From: Candidatus Omnitrophota bacterium
GTDB taxonomy: Bacteria; Omnitrophota; Gorgyraeia; 1-14-0-20-64-10
Assembly: GCA_016177405.1 (NCBI GenBank)
Contig: JACOVG010000003.1
Coordinates: 32,050 to 96,049 of the forward strand
Length of the DNA stretch: 64,000 nt
Direction of reading: 5' to 3'
The position numbers and the translations under genes are program-made. The notes below the pieces were generated by a model. It ran no database searches. It was not told the origin of the DNA and was given only the letters and a program-made list of their open reading frames with translations. Below are positions 21,505 to 30,739 of the stretch, one piece after another. Numbering within the stretch: position 1 is the stretch's first letter; each line of letters starts with the position of its first letter.

Positions 21505-22992
21505 ATGCGTAGATTGATACTCGTGGGACTTCTGGCGTTTGCCGTGGCCCTGGTTGGGACCGCGTACGCCGAACCCGAGAACATCAAGGTTAGCGGCGAC
21601 GTTAACCTCAAGGCAATGACCATTCACAACTACGACTTGAAGCTCAAGCAGAAGAACGAGTCCGGTCAGCTCAACGCGACAGCGGTGGCTCCGGATCCGT
21701 CCGATGACGACGACAACGTCGGGTTTCTCCTTTCCACCGTGCATCTTCAGGTGGACGCGGATCTCACCGACAACGTCTCAGCGACCGTTCAGCTCGTCAA
21801 CCAGAGACCCTGGGATGCCGAGGCGCATGCCGCCGGCCGCGACACCGACAGCATCAACATCGATCAGGCCTACGTCGTGCTGAAGGAGTTCCTCTACTCG
21901 CCCCTTACGGTCATCGCGGGGCGACAGGACATTACCTACGGCAACGGCTTCATCGTGGGAGCGGGTCTTTTGGCCGACCCCGATGGAGCGTTCGCGTCTC
22001 TTGCCGCCAACGGCGACACGAACCAGGCCCAGATGGGTCAGGAGCACAGCGACTACAACTCCTACGACGCGGTCCGGCTGATCCTCGATTTCGCGCCGAT
22101 CACGGTGGAGGGGTTGTTCTCCAAGATCAACGAGACCGGCGACGTGGGCGACGATCAGACCCTGTACGGGGCGCTGGTCAACTACAAGCTGGACCAGTGG
22201 AACGCCGAGATCGAGCCGTACTGGTTCTTCAAGAAGGACGAGGACGGCGCGGCCAACATCACGGTCAACGACGCCGTCTCGGCCAGCAACGCGGCACGGA
22301 CCTACGAGTCGAATGAGGTCCATACCACCGGTTTGCGTTTGGCCGCTTCTCCGATCGAGAATCTGTCGATCTCGGGGGAGGGGGCGCACCAGTTCGGCGA
22401 GATCACGGACACGACCCCGCAGGTCCAGACGAGGGACCGGGATGCCTGGGGCGCCAACATCGATGTCCGGTACAACTGGGTGAATGCCCCGTGGACGCCG
22501 ACCACCGGCGTGGGTTGGGTTTTCTACTCCGGTGAGGATTCGTCCCCGGCGGGCACCACAAGAAATGAGAGCGACAAGTTTAACGCCTGGGACCCGATGT
22601 TCCGCGGCTCCTTCCAGACCTACATCCAGGACTTCTTGACCGGTCAGGATGCCCCCGCGGGCCTGTACACCACGTTCGACGCCAACGACACCGCAGCCAC
22701 AACGAACCGGCACCTGTTCTATTTCGATGTGGGGTTAAAGGCGCTGGAGGATCTGACCCTCTGGGGCCGGTACACCCATGCCCGGTTCGACAAGGCACCC
22801 CGGGTTGGCCGGGATGACCATGCCGGCGACGAGGTGGACCTGAAGGCCACCTACGACTACACCGAGGATGTTCAGTTGGCCTTCTGGAGCGGTTTGTTCC
22901 TCCCCGGCAGCTACTACGACGAGGCAGATTCCAATGCCCGGGGCAACGACCTGGCGTGGACCGGAGGGGCGGCAGCCAACGTCAAGTTCTAA
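21505..22992 (+). CDS. Outer-membrane beta-barrel protein (porin-like, unknown family)
   Basis: Signal peptide MRRLILVGLLAFAVALVGTAYA; alternating amphipathic strands rich in Y/G/D/N; C-terminal ...AAANVKF with terminal Phe typical of OM beta-barrels; strong RBS GGGAGGG; own promoter and terminator. Confidence 0.75.
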   Translation: MRRLILVGLLAFAVALVGTAYAEPENIKVSGDVNLKAMTIHNYDLKLKQKNESGQLNATAVAPDPSDDDDNVGFLLSTVHLQVDADLTDNVSATVQLVNQRPWDAEAHAAGRDTDSINIDQAYVVLKEFLYSPLTVIAGRQDITYGNGFIVGAGLLADPDGAFASLAANGDTNQAQMGQEHSDYNSYDAVRLILDFAPITVEGLFSKINETGDVGDDQTLYGALVNYKLDQWNAEIEPYWFFKKDEDGAANITVNDAVSASNAARTYESNEVHTTGLRLAASPIENLSISGEGAHQFGEITDTTPQVQTRDRDAWGANIDVRYNWVNAPWTPTTGVGWVFYSGEDSSPAGTTRNESDKFNAWDPMFRGSFQTYIQDFLTGQDAPAGLYTTFDANDTAATTNRHLFYFDVGLKALEDLTLWGRYTHARFDKAPRVGRDDHAGDEVDLKATYDYTEDVQLAFWSGLFLPGSYYDEADSNARGNDLAWTGGAAANVKF

Positions 22993-23006
22993 TTTCTCGT
23001 AAGCCC

Positions 23007-23390
23007 ATGTTTCAATTGAAACCCCCGGGAGCGACCCTCCCGGGGGTTTTGTTTTTGGCCATGCTCTTGTCGGCCGGCTGCGGCGACCTCCAGGGCCGCG
23101 GCGCCTACCAGGCGCTGACCCATCCCTTTGGAACCGGCGTCCCCTTCTCCCGGGGAAGCACCCAGGACGAGGTGCTGGCCACCTGGGGAAGACCGGATCA
23201 GATCATCGCCAAGGGAAAGGATGAGCTGGGCAATCCCAAAGAGGAGTGGGTTTACACGGGCCGCTATCCAGGCATGCCGGTGGATTACGGCTACGTCTCC
23301 AAGACCCAGCGGCTTTTTTTTGAGGGGGCAAGCCTCGTTCGCTGGCAAAGCGAGGATGCCCCTGCTTCCGATTCACCCCATAACTCCTGA
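23007..23390 (+). CDS. BamE/SmpA-OmlA-like outer-membrane lipoprotein
   Basis: Signal peptide with lipobox LSAGC. Mature domain GSTQDEVLATWGRPDQIIAKGKDELGNPKEEWVYTGRY resembles the BamE fold; this family assignment is tentative. The signal-peptide codons overlap the upstream terminator hairpin. Confidence 0.55.
   Translation: MFQLKPPGATLPGVLFLAMLLSAGCGDLQGRGAYQALTHPFGTGVPFSRGSTQDEVLATWGRPDQIIAKGKDELGNPKEEWVYTGRYPGMPVDYGYVSKTQRLFFEGASLVRWQSEDAPASDSPHNS
23021..23058 (+). terminator. Rho-independent terminator after the OMP gene
   Basis: CCCCCGGGAG-cgacc-CTCCCGGGGG followed by TTTTGTTTTT. Confidence 0.7.
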
Positions 23391-23402
23391 CCAGATCTTC
23401 CG

Positions 23403-24143
23403 TTGAAAATCCGCGCGTACGTCCCATCGAATCTTTTGCGTCCAGGCGAGGCGAGGCTTGACCGGCGACAATCCCACCACCTGTCGCGCGTCCTGCGCGT
23501 CGCGCGGGGCAGCCCCATCGAGGTTTTTGACGGTCAGGGAACGGTGGGGCAGGCCGAGGTCCTTCAGGCAAGCCGTGAGGAGGTGATTCTTAGGGTGGAA
23601 GCAGCGGCGAGGGTCCCCGCTCCCGCCCCCAGTCTGGTTCTCGCGGCGGCCCTGGTTCAGGGAGGGAGGTTTGACCAGATCGTGGATCAGGCGACCCAGC
23701 TGGGGGCTTCGGAAATCATCCCTCTGGTCAGCGCGCGAACCGTGGTCAAGCCCGGCGCGGACCGCCGGCAAGCCCTGATCTCCCGTTTTCGCCAGATCGC
23801 GTTGGAGGCCTGCAGGCAGTCGGGCGTCAATCACCTCCCGGTCATTCACCCGGTGACCGATTTCAAGAAGCTGATTCCCGCGCTGGCCGACTGCGATCTG
23901 GTGGTCTTGGGCGCTTTGACGGGTGAGAGGGAGCCCCTCGCGCCCCTGTTGAGCCGAAGGCCTATGAGGCGCCTGCTTCTTTTGATCGGTCCCGAGGGGG
24001 ATTTTACCCCGGAGGAGATCGGCCAGGCCCGGAAGGCCGGGGCCCGCCCCTTCTCGATTGCTCCCAACGTTCTGCGCTGCGAAACCGCCGCGGCGGCGGC
24101 CCTTGGCGTGATCGCTTACTTGCTTCAGGAGCGCTCCCCCTGA
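23403..24143 (+). CDS. rsmE: 16S rRNA (uracil1498-N3)-methyltransferase RsmE
   Basis: TTG start. N-terminal PUA-like HHLSRVLRVARGSPIEVFDGQG; C-terminal SPOUT domain LLLLIGPEGDFTPEEI. Confidence 0.85.
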   Translation: MKIRAYVPSNLLRPGEARLDRRQSHHLSRVLRVARGSPIEVFDGQGTVGQAEVLQASREEVILRVEAAARVPAPAPSLVLAAALVQGGRFDQIVDQATQLGASEIIPLVSARTVVKPGADRRQALISRFRQIALEACRQSGVNHLPVIHPVTDFKKLIPALADCDLVVLGALTGEREPLAPLLSRRPMRRLLLLIGPEGDFTPEEIGQARKAGARPFSIAPNVLRCETAAAAALGVIAYLLQERSP

Positions 24144-24235
24144 AAAGCCTTCAAAAAAATTGCCTTGCGCCCTTGACAAAATGACACAAAATCAGCCATA
24201 GTTGAGGTGGAAGGACAAATTGAGTATTTGGCACC

Positions 24236-24320
24236 GCCGATAAGGGCAAACCACCGGTAACGGTGGGACGCAAAGCCACAGATCCGCCAAAGATCGTTGG
24301 CGGACAGCTGGGTTGCCAAA
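24236..24320 (+). promoter_or_regulatory. c-di-GMP-I (GEMM) riboswitch aptamer
   Basis: AGGGCAAACC-[CACCGGTAACGGTG hairpin with GNRA loop GTAA]-GGGACGCAAAGCC-[CCGCCAAagatcgTTGGCGG hairpin]-ACAGCTGGGTTGCC matches the Vc2 GEMM core (GGCAAACC...GGGACGCAAAGCC...GGGGUUACC) and its P1 pairing GGCAAACC/GGTTGCC. Confidence 0.7.
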
Positions 24321-24338
24321 GGGTGCGAAGGACGACGC

Positions 24339-24380
24339 CTTAAGGCCAAGCGAGTGGTGCCTTAAGGCGTTTTGTGTTAA
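24339..24380 (+). terminator. Intrinsic terminator (likely expression platform of the riboswitch)
   Basis: GCCTTAAGG-ccaagcgagtggtg-CCTTAAGGC followed by GTTTTGTGTT, 25 nt before the ORF at 24405. Confidence 0.6.
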
Positions 24381-24404
24381 CAAACGAAATGGAGGATATC
24401 TCTC

Positions 24405-24725
24405 ATGAAAACACCCACCGAGCTTCAGGCGAAGCAGGCCCACCGGGTCGTCACCTTCCTGGACAGGGCCCAAGTCGATTTCCTGGACAAGCTGGGCAAG
24501 GATGCCCTCTTTTCCACAGGGGTTAAGTTCCCAAGGACGCGGGTGATCTCCGCCCTGATCGATCTGCTGCGCAAGGCCAATGTCAGCGGCGAGGGCCTTC
24601 GGTCCGATCAGGAACTGGAAGAGCGCCTCATCCGAAAGCTGCGGAGCTCCACGCCGGAGATTCAGCGGCTGGCAGGCGAACTGACCGGAGGATCCCATGA
24701 GAATCCCGCTCGATTACGGGGATAA
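24405..24725 (+). CDS. Hypothetical protein (106 aa), first gene downstream of the c-di-GMP riboswitch
   Basis: ORF with GGAGGAT RBS just upstream; no family recognised (possibly a small alpha-helical DNA- or protein-binding protein). Confidence 0.6.
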   Translation: MKTPTELQAKQAHRVVTFLDRAQVDFLDKLGKDALFSTGVKFPRTRVISALIDLLRKANVSGEGLRSDQELEERLIRKLRSSTPEIQRLAGELTGGSHENPARLRG

Positions 24726-24911
24726 TTTTCCCGTCTTGTCGTCCGGCCGCTGGAACCCCTCTGTTCCCTGGAGGTTTCCCCAGGTGGAGGTGGTTGTGAG
24801 GCGCAGGCCGCTGGCGGGTTGGATGCTCCCGTGGCTTATGCTGGGGCTGGGAATGACCCTGGGGGCCCTGGGGGTGATTTGGCTGGTTTGACGCCTTAGA
24901 GGGTAAAGGGA

Positions 24912-25655
24912 ATGCCTTTCAGGCTGGATACACCTTTTTATCCCATTCCCGGGCCGCAGCCGGAGGCCGCCTTCGGCGCGGTGTTGGAGATCCTTCTTAA
25001 GACCCGCCTCAAGCTTCACCTCGAAAGCGACCGCGCGGGTTCCGATGAGGATGTGAACGCCTATCTGGCGGGGCTCTTGGTTTCTTACATCGATCCCCGG
25101 TACCTCACGGCCGTTTCCCAGGTTCTTTCCCGTCATGAGGTGGATGTCTTTCATGCCGTCTGCGGGGCCCGCGAGAATTATCAGGTTTACTGGATCTACA
25201 AGGTCAACGCGGACGACGAGCTGGTCCACCTGGGGGTCTTTGACAGCCGCTGGCAAAACGAGCAGGCCAGGCTCCACCGCATGAAGCGGTATTACACCTT
25301 TGCCTCGGATTACCAGCGTCGGATTTATGGCAAACCGACCGCGGTGGGAGAAATCGAGCAAAAGCTTTCCGATCAATCCGAACGTTACCTTGCCATCCTC
25401 ACCGGAGCCCGGAACGACTACCTGCACATGGCCAAGACGCTTGGGGGACAGGAGCTCCTGGAGATCGAGGAGGGCCTTGCGAGGTTCGAGCAGGAGCTGC
25501 CCCGGCGGACCAAGATGGATGAGTTTTTGGATGCTTATGCCAAGTGGCTTTCGGGCGAGAAGAGCCCGGAGGCCCGAACCAGGATCTTGAGCCTCGCCGA
25601 GGAGCTGAAGGGCTTGGACCCCAGCTTTCCCAAGGAACGCCTTCCAGGTCTATAG
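24912..25655 (+). CDS. Hypothetical protein (247 aa)
   Basis: Clean ORF with GGGTAAAGGGAATG RBS context; no recognisable motifs; it lies in the same putative riboswitch-controlled unit. Confidence 0.55.
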   Translation: MPFRLDTPFYPIPGPQPEAAFGAVLEILLKTRLKLHLESDRAGSDEDVNAYLAGLLVSYIDPRYLTAVSQVLSRHEVDVFHAVCGARENYQVYWIYKVNADDELVHLGVFDSRWQNEQARLHRMKRYYTFASDYQRRIYGKPTAVGEIEQKLSDQSERYLAILTGARNDYLHMAKTLGGQELLEIEEGLARFEQELPRRTKMDEFLDAYAKWLSGEKSPEARTRILSLAEELKGLDPSFPKERLPGL

Positions 25656-25709
25656 ATTAGGTATCACGAAAATTTAGTTAAATATTTTATCCCCTTTCCT
25701 TGACGACTC

Positions 25710-25738
25710 CATTCTCACAAAGTATACTTGATGAGATC
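25710..25738 (+). promoter_or_regulatory. Candidate sigma-70 promoter of the cvpA-dnaG-rpoD operon
   Basis: TTGACG (25710..25715), 17-nt spacer, TATACT (25733..25738), inside a rare AT-rich intergenic stretch. Confidence 0.5.
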
Positions 25739-25752
25739 AGGTCGAATATCTT

Positions 25753-26286
25753 ATGAGCGGAGTCATCTTGCCTCGGTTTAATTGGGTGGACATCTTTTCC
25801 CTCGTCCTGTTTGTCCGTATGGGGTACATGGGCTTTAAGCTTGGCCTGGGAGAAGAGCTGGTCAAGCTGACGGCCCTGGCCGCCGGATTGATGGCGGGGT
25901 TGAGGTATGGTTCTTGGGCGGGGGGGTGGCTGGCCCAGAAGAGCTTCTTGACGGAGGAATGGGCGAGCGCCGTCAGCCTGGCCGTGATCTTGGGTATTTG
26001 CTACTGGGGTATGCGGAGGCTTCTTTCGCTGGCGGTGCGCTTGGTTTCGGTGAGCTTCCAGGAGCCGCTGGGTTGCTGGGGAGGTTTGGTTGCCGGGTTG
26101 GCCAGGGCAGGGTTGGTGATTTCATTGGTTCTGATCGGCCTTCAGGGGCTTCCCTCGCCGTACTTGAGCGCAGCGATTCAGGAGCGCTCCCTGGCGGGGA
26201 GCTCTTTGACGCGGGTGGCCCCGGCGGTCTACGGAACCCTGGCGCCCTTTTTCAAGCGCTTGGGACTGGTTTTTCGAGGAGGCTGA
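25753..26286 (+). CDS. cvpA: CvpA-family membrane protein
   Basis: Four TM helices; N-terminal NWVDIFSLVLFVRMGYMGFKLGL typical of the CvpA/colicin V production family. Confidence 0.7.
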   Translation: MSGVILPRFNWVDIFSLVLFVRMGYMGFKLGLGEELVKLTALAAGLMAGLRYGSWAGGWLAQKSFLTEEWASAVSLAVILGICYWGMRRLLSLAVRLVSVSFQEPLGCWGGLVAGLARAGLVISLVLIGLQGLPSPYLSAAIQERSLAGSSLTRVAPAVYGTLAPFFKRLGLVFRGG

Positions 26287-28076
26287 TGGGAATCCCGGCC
26301 AGCACGCTGGAACAGATCGGGCAGCGCCTGGATCTTGTGGAGGTGATCGGCGGCTTCGTTTCCTTAAAGAGGTCGGGCCGGAATTTCAAGGGGCTGTGCC
26401 CGTTTCATCCGGAGAAGAGCCCCTCCTTTATGGTTTACCCGGCCAAGCAGTTTTTCATTTGCTACGGGTGCGGAGCGGGAGGAGACCTCATTACCTTTGT
26501 GATGCGGCACGAGCATATGGAATTCAAGGAAGCGGTTCAGGTTCTGGCGGAGAAGGCCGGGATTCAGGTCTCCTTCACCACAGGGGGGCCTTCCTTGGCC
26601 AATCGGCCCCTTTATCAGGCCCATGAGACCGCCGCCGCCTTCTACCATGAAAAGTTGACGGCCTCTCCGGAGGGAGAACCGGCCCGGGCGTATCTTGCCC
26701 ACCGGGGTTTGACGCCCGAAACCTGGAAGGCGCTCCGATTGGGCTTTGCCCTCAACCGCTGGGATGGGTTGTTGACCCACGCGCGGGAGCAGGGCATGGA
26801 CCCCTCCCTTCTGGAGCGGTCGGGCTTGGCGGTCCGCCGGGAAGGCGGCGAAGAGGCCTGGTACGACCGGTTCCGAAACCGGGTTCTCTTTCCCATTTGG
26901 GACCAGCGGGGACGGGTGATCGCTTTTGGCGGAAGGGTTCTTGGGGAGGAGTCCGGACCCAAATACCTGAACTCCCCGGAGACGGAATTGTACGTCAAGG
27001 GCCGGCTGCTTTACGGGTTCCACCTGGCCTCCTCCGCCATCCGGGAGAAGGATTTGGGCATCGTGGTGGAGGGTTACATGGATTTCGCGAGCCTCTACCA
27101 GGCCGGGATCCGCAACATCGTCGCCTCGATGGGGACGAGCCTCACCCCGGAGCAGGTGCAGCTCATTCGGCGGCTGACCCGGCATGTGGTGATGATTTAC
27201 GATGGGGATTACGCCGGCGAGATGGCCACCCTTCGAGGGTTGGATCTTTTCCTGGAGGCCGAGATGCGGGTCAAGGTGGTCGGCTTGCCCAGCGGTTTGG
27301 ACCCGGACACCTTTTTGGCCCAGGCGGGGCTTGAGGAGATGCTCCGGACGATTCGGCAGTCGCAGGACCTCTTTGACTATAAGCTGGGTCTGCTCACCCG
27401 GCGCTATGACCCCAAGGACCTTCAGGGCCGGATTCGGATTTCGGAGGAGATGCTGCCCACGATCAAACGGGTCACCAACGCGATTGAGCGGGGCGAGTAC
27501 GTGAAGCGCTTGAGCGAGGTTTTGCGCGTGGCCGAGACGCTCATCTGGAGTGAGCTGGGCCGGGTGCGCAAGGAGGGCTCCGCCGCCCCCCGCGGGGCCG
27601 CTCGGCCGGAGAAGGTTCAGCCGGCCGCGGGCATGACCGTCGAGGAATCCCTGGCGGGCCTGCTTCTGGAAGAGCCTGGCCGGGTTCGGCAAGTTGAGGA
27701 GAGGCTCCCCCTGGAAGCGTTCCAGGACGCCCACGTCCGAGAAATCCTTTCCCGCTTGCGGCAGATGAGCCAAAGCGGAGCGATTCCGCCGGACGGCCGG
27801 ACCTTTCTGGCCAGCCTTCCCCGGGAAGATTCGGGAGCCTGGGAAGGCCGGATCGCCCGCTGGCTGGCGTGGGCCGATTTGGTGGTCGACAAGGAAGGCA
27901 CCCTCGAGGAGCTTTTGGGCAAGGTGAAGGAGGGGCAAGTTCGTTCTTCCCTGGAGGCCCTCCAGGTCTCCATCCGGCAGGCCGAGGCCCAGGGCCAGGA
28001 GAGGGAGACGGCTCAATTGATCGCGCAGTACAACACGCTCATGAAGTCGCGCTTAAGCGGAAAAGGAGTAGCCTAA
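26286..28076 (+). CDS. dnaG: DNA primase
   Basis: Zinc-binding [30 protein letters not shown]; [15 protein letters not shown]...IYDGDYAG. The track ORF 25914 is an in-frame upstream extension; ATG 26286 overlaps the cvpA stop. Confidence 0.95.
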   Translation: MGIPASTLEQIGQRLDLVEVIGGFVSLKRSGRNFKGLCPFHPEKSPSFMVYPAKQFFICYGCGAGGDLITFVMRHEHMEFKEAVQVLAEKAGIQVSFTTGGPSLANRPLYQAHETAAAFYHEKLTASPEGEPARAYLAHRGLTPETWKALRLGFALNRWDGLLTHAREQGMDPSLLERSGLAVRREGGEEAWYDRFRNRVLFPIWDQRGRVIAFGGRVLGEESGPKYLNSPETELYVKGRLLYGFHLASSAIREKDLGIVVEGYMDFASLYQAGIRNIVASMGTSLTPEQVQLIRRLTRHVVMIYDGDYAGEMATLRGLDLFLEAEMRVKVVGLPSGLDPDTFLAQAGLEEMLRTIRQSQDLFDYKLGLLTRRYDPKDLQGRIRISEEMLPTIKRVTNAIERGEYVKRLSEVLRVAETLIWSELGRVRKEGSAAPRGAARPEKVQPAAGMTVEESLAGLLLEEPGRVRQVEERLPLEAFQDAHVREILSRLRQMSQSGAIPPDGRTFLASLPREDSGAWEGRIARWLAWADLVVDKEGTLEELLGKVKEGQVRSSLEALQVSIRQAEAQGQERETAQLIAQYNTLMKSRLSGKGVA

Positions 28077-28080
28077 GGTT

Positions 28081-29712
28081 ATGCCCCGCGCAGCCAAAAA
28101 GAATCCGCGCACGATGCGGCACATGGATGAATTAAAGAAATTGATCGCCCTGGGCAAGGAGAAGGGCCACCTGACCTATGAGGAGGTGAACAACCTCCTG
28201 CCCGAGGACGTCACCTCCTCCGAGGAGATCGAGGAGGTCCTCACGATCTTAGGCAGCGAGAACATCGAGATCGTGGACGACGAGGAGCCCTCCAAGGCCG
28301 GACTGGCCGAATCGGAGCCGGCCGAAGCGCCGGAGGCCGCCTCCGAAGAGAAGGCGGAGGAGCCCTCCGAGGAGGAGGCCGAACCGGCCCGCTCCTCCTT
28401 GCCGGTGGATGATCCGGTGCGGATGTACCTTCGGCAGATGGGCCAGATCCCTCTTCTTTCCAGGGAGAGCGAGCTCAAGTTGGCCAAGGAGATCAAGGAG
28501 GCCGAGGTCCACTTTCGGGAGGTCGTCTTCGCTTCGGTCCTTGCCCAACGGGAGATCTTTGCCTTGGTGGATCGGATCAAGGCCAAGGAGGTCAATCCGG
28601 AGGAGTACGTCACCGAGGATTTCAAGCGGAAGGAGCGGCTCGGTCCCAAGATGGCGCGGCTGGCGGCCAAGGCGCAGGCCACCCGCTCTATCCCCAAGCG
28701 GAACCAGCACCTCCTTCAGATGCGCTTCATGAGCCCCGTGGTGGGAGAGATTGCCAAGAAGCTCAAGAGGGCGGTGGCCGAATACGACCGCTTGATCCGG
28801 GAGACCGACCGGGTGAAGGCCAAGGGAGGCACGGGGGTGCGCCAGAAGGTCAAGGCGCTCCGGAAGAATCTTCTCAAGGTTCAGAAGACTTTGGGTCAGC
28901 CCCGCAAGGAGCTGGAGGAGCTTCTCCTCAATCTCAAGAAGCGCGAGGCCGTCTACATCCGGGCGAAGCGCGCCCTGGTGGAGGCCAACCTTCGGCTTGT
29001 GGTGTCCATCGCCAAGAAGTACACCAACCGGGGGCTGTCGTTCCTGGACCTGATCCAGGAGGGGAACATCGGCCTGATGAAGGCGGTGGACAAATTTGAG
29101 TATGAGCGAGGATACAAATTCTCCACCTACGCGACCTGGTGGATCCGCCAAGCGATCACGCGGGCCATCGCCGACCAGGCCCGGACCATCCGGATCCCGG
29201 TTCACATGACCGAAACGATCAACAAGCTGATCCGGGTTTCCCGGCAGCTGGTCCAGGAAAACGGCAAGGAACCGAACCCCGAGGAGATTGCCTACGAGAT
29301 GCGGATGCCGGTGGATCGGGTGCGGGGTATCTTGAAAATCGCCCAGGAGCCGATTTCCCTTCAGACCCCCATCGGGGATGACGGCGACACCCACTTCGGC
29401 GATTTCATCGAGGACAAGAGAGCCGTTTCTCCGGCCAACGCCACCGCCCACGCGATGCTCAAGGAGCAGATGGAGTCGGTTCTGGAGACCTTGACCGAGC
29501 GGGAGGGGCAGGTTCTGAAGCTGCGCTTTGGAATTGGCGACGGCTATCCCCGGACCCTGGAGGAGGTGGGCTCGATCTTTAAGGTCACGCGCGAGCGGGT
29601 CCGGCAGATTGAAGCCAAGGCCTTAAGGAAGCTGCGTCACCCCATCCGCTCCCGCCGCCTGAAGTCCTTCCTGGAGCTGGGGGCCTTAAGCGAAGAGCGC
29701 GGCTGGCTGTAA
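28081..29712 (+). CDS. rpoD: RNA polymerase primary sigma factor
   Basis: 543 aa; region 1.1 acidic tract; region 2 to 4 motifs [56 protein letters not shown]; classic dnaG-rpoD linkage. Confidence 0.95.
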   Translation: MPRAAKKNPRTMRHMDELKKLIALGKEKGHLTYEEVNNLLPEDVTSSEEIEEVLTILGSENIEIVDDEEPSKAGLAESEPAEAPEAASEEKAEEPSEEEAEPARSSLPVDDPVRMYLRQMGQIPLLSRESELKLAKEIKEAEVHFREVVFASVLAQREIFALVDRIKAKEVNPEEYVTEDFKRKERLGPKMARLAAKAQATRSIPKRNQHLLQMRFMSPVVGEIAKKLKRAVAEYDRLIRETDRVKAKGGTGVRQKVKALRKNLLKVQKTLGQPRKELEELLLNLKKREAVYIRAKRALVEANLRLVVSIAKKYTNRGLSFLDLIQEGNIGLMKAVDKFEYERGYKFSTYATWWIRQAITRAIADQARTIRIPVHMTETINKLIRVSRQLVQENGKEPNPEEIAYEMRMPVDRVRGILKIAQEPISLQTPIGDDGDTHFGDFIEDKRAVSPANATAHAMLKEQMESVLETLTEREGQVLKLRFGIGDGYPRTLEEVGSIFKVTRERVRQIEAKALRKLRHPIRSRRLKSFLELGALSEERGWL

Positions 29713-29716
29713 TTCT

Positions 29717-29789
29717 TGGGCCCGCCTGGATTCGAACCAGGGACCAACTCATTATGAGTGAGCTGCTCTAACCGCTGAGCTACGGGCCC
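29717..29789 (-). tRNA. tRNA-Met (anticodon CAT; elongator type, could also be the lysidine-modified tRNA-Ile2)
   Basis: Reverse complement folds as GGGCCCG-TA-GCTC-AGCGGTTA-GAGC-A-GCTCA-CTCATAA-TGAGT-TGGTC-CCTGG-TTCGAAT-CCAGG-CGGGCCC-A. The 1:72 pair is G:C, so it is not an initiator. Confidence 0.8.
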
Positions 29790-29909
29790 GCGGTCCTTTT
29801 GCCTTCCGTATTATAAAGCAAGCCGCCCGCTTTACCCCTTCCTTTCCGCACGCTTCTCCCGTAGAATAGAATTTCTGACTTCTTCCTCTGGAGGAGGGGG
29901 CATGTTCAT

Positions 29910-29987
29910 TGGGCGCATAGCTCAGCCCGGTTAGAGCGCTACGCTCACATCGTAGAGGTCACAGGTTCAAGTCCTGTTGCGCCCACC
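29910..29987 (+). tRNA. tRNA-Val (anticodon CAC), 3' CCA encoded
   Basis: Folds as GGGCGCA-TA-GCTC-AGCCCGGTTA-GAGC-G-CTACG-CTCACAT-CGTAG-AGGTC-ACAGG-TTCAAGT-CCTGT-TGCGCCC-A-CCA. Confidence 0.8.
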
Positions 29988-29995
29988 AGCTTTGA

Positions 29996-30739
29996 GTGGC
30001 GACGGAGACCATGGCGACAGCGTCGATTACCGATCAGATGAAACTGCTCCTTAAGCTTCAGGAGCTGGATGCCGAACTTTACAGCCGGCGCCGGGAGCTT
30101 TCTCTCAAGCCTCAACAAGCGGCCCGCCTGAAGGAGGAATTCGAGGGGCTTAAAGGGGATGTCCGGAAGGCCCAGGAGGAGCTCAAGGCGGCCGAGGTCA
30201 AGCGCAACCAGTTGGAGATGGAGCTGGGGCAGAAGGAAGGCAGTTTAAAGAAGTTCCAGGGCCAGCTTTTCACCGTCAAGACGAACAAGGAATATGCCGC
30301 CTTGCAGAAGGAGATCGAGGGCTTCAAGGCGGATCAGTCGGTCTTGGAGGAGGAGATCCTCAAGCTCATGGAGGAGGCCGACCGGAAGAAGGGAAGGCTC
30401 ACCGCCGAACAGGAGGTGCTGAAGGGGCAGGAGAAAGCCTTGGAGGAAAAGCTGAACCGGCTGGAGCAGGAGAAGAAAACCCTGGAGGATTCCGTCCAGC
30501 GGCTGGAAGCTGATCGGGGCTCGTGGGCGGCTCAAGTGGACCGGAAGATCCTGGGCCGCTACGAGCGGATTCTGGAGAACAAAGAAGGGCTGGCCCTGGT
30601 TCCCGTGCGCGGAGGCGCCTGCGGGGGTTGTCACATGGTGCTTCCGCCCCAAATGCTCAACGAAATCCACCTGGGCGAGCGGCTGATCACCTGCGAGTCT
30701 TGCGCCCGGATCCTCATCCTTGAGTCCCCGCCCTCCTAA
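29996..30739 (+). CDS. Coiled-coil protein with C-terminal C4 zinc ribbon (COG1579-like)
   Basis: Long heptad-rich N-terminal region; C-terminal GGACGGCHMVLP...CESCARIL zinc ribbon; this family is typically found next to RNase H genes. Confidence 0.75.
   Translation: MATETMATASITDQMKLLLKLQELDAELYSRRRELSLKPQQAARLKEEFEGLKGDVRKAQEELKAAEVKRNQLEMELGQKEGSLKKFQGQLFTVKTNKEYAALQKEIEGFKADQSVLEEEILKLMEEADRKKGRLTAEQEVLKGQEKALEEKLNRLEQEKKTLEDSVQRLEADRGSWAAQVDRKILGRYERILENKEGLALVPVRGGACGGCHMVLPPQMLNEIHLGERLITCESCARILILESPPS

Noticed and set aside
24200-24380. Considered SRP RNA, 6S RNA or tmRNA for this structured intergenic RNA
   Set aside because: None of their hallmark motifs are present (SRP domain IV GGAAGCAGCCAAGG-type, tmRNA tag ORF, 6S central bubble). 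The GGCAAACC...GGGACGCAAAGCC...GGGTTGCC pattern fits GEMM instead.
24697-24891. 64-aa ORF overlapping the end of the 106-aa gene
   Set aside because: Its 5' two-thirds overlap the upstream gene's C-terminus and the GC-rich frame. Only the last 22 hydrophobic codons (24823..24891) look potentially real, so it is reported only as a possible micro-ORF inside a finding, not as a feature.
26364-28016. 550-aa minus-strand ORF antisense to dnaG; also 28249..29451 antisense to rpoD, 14202..15365 antisense to glyS, 45650..46663 antisense to ddl, 47405..48580 antisense to ftsA
   Set aside because: All are antisense to strongly supported genes and have biased, motif-free translations.
29713-29995. Possible small protein genes in the rpoD-downstream gap
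   Set aside because: The gap is filled by two convincing tRNA cloverleaves (Met-CAT on minus, Val-CAC on plus) and their promoters.
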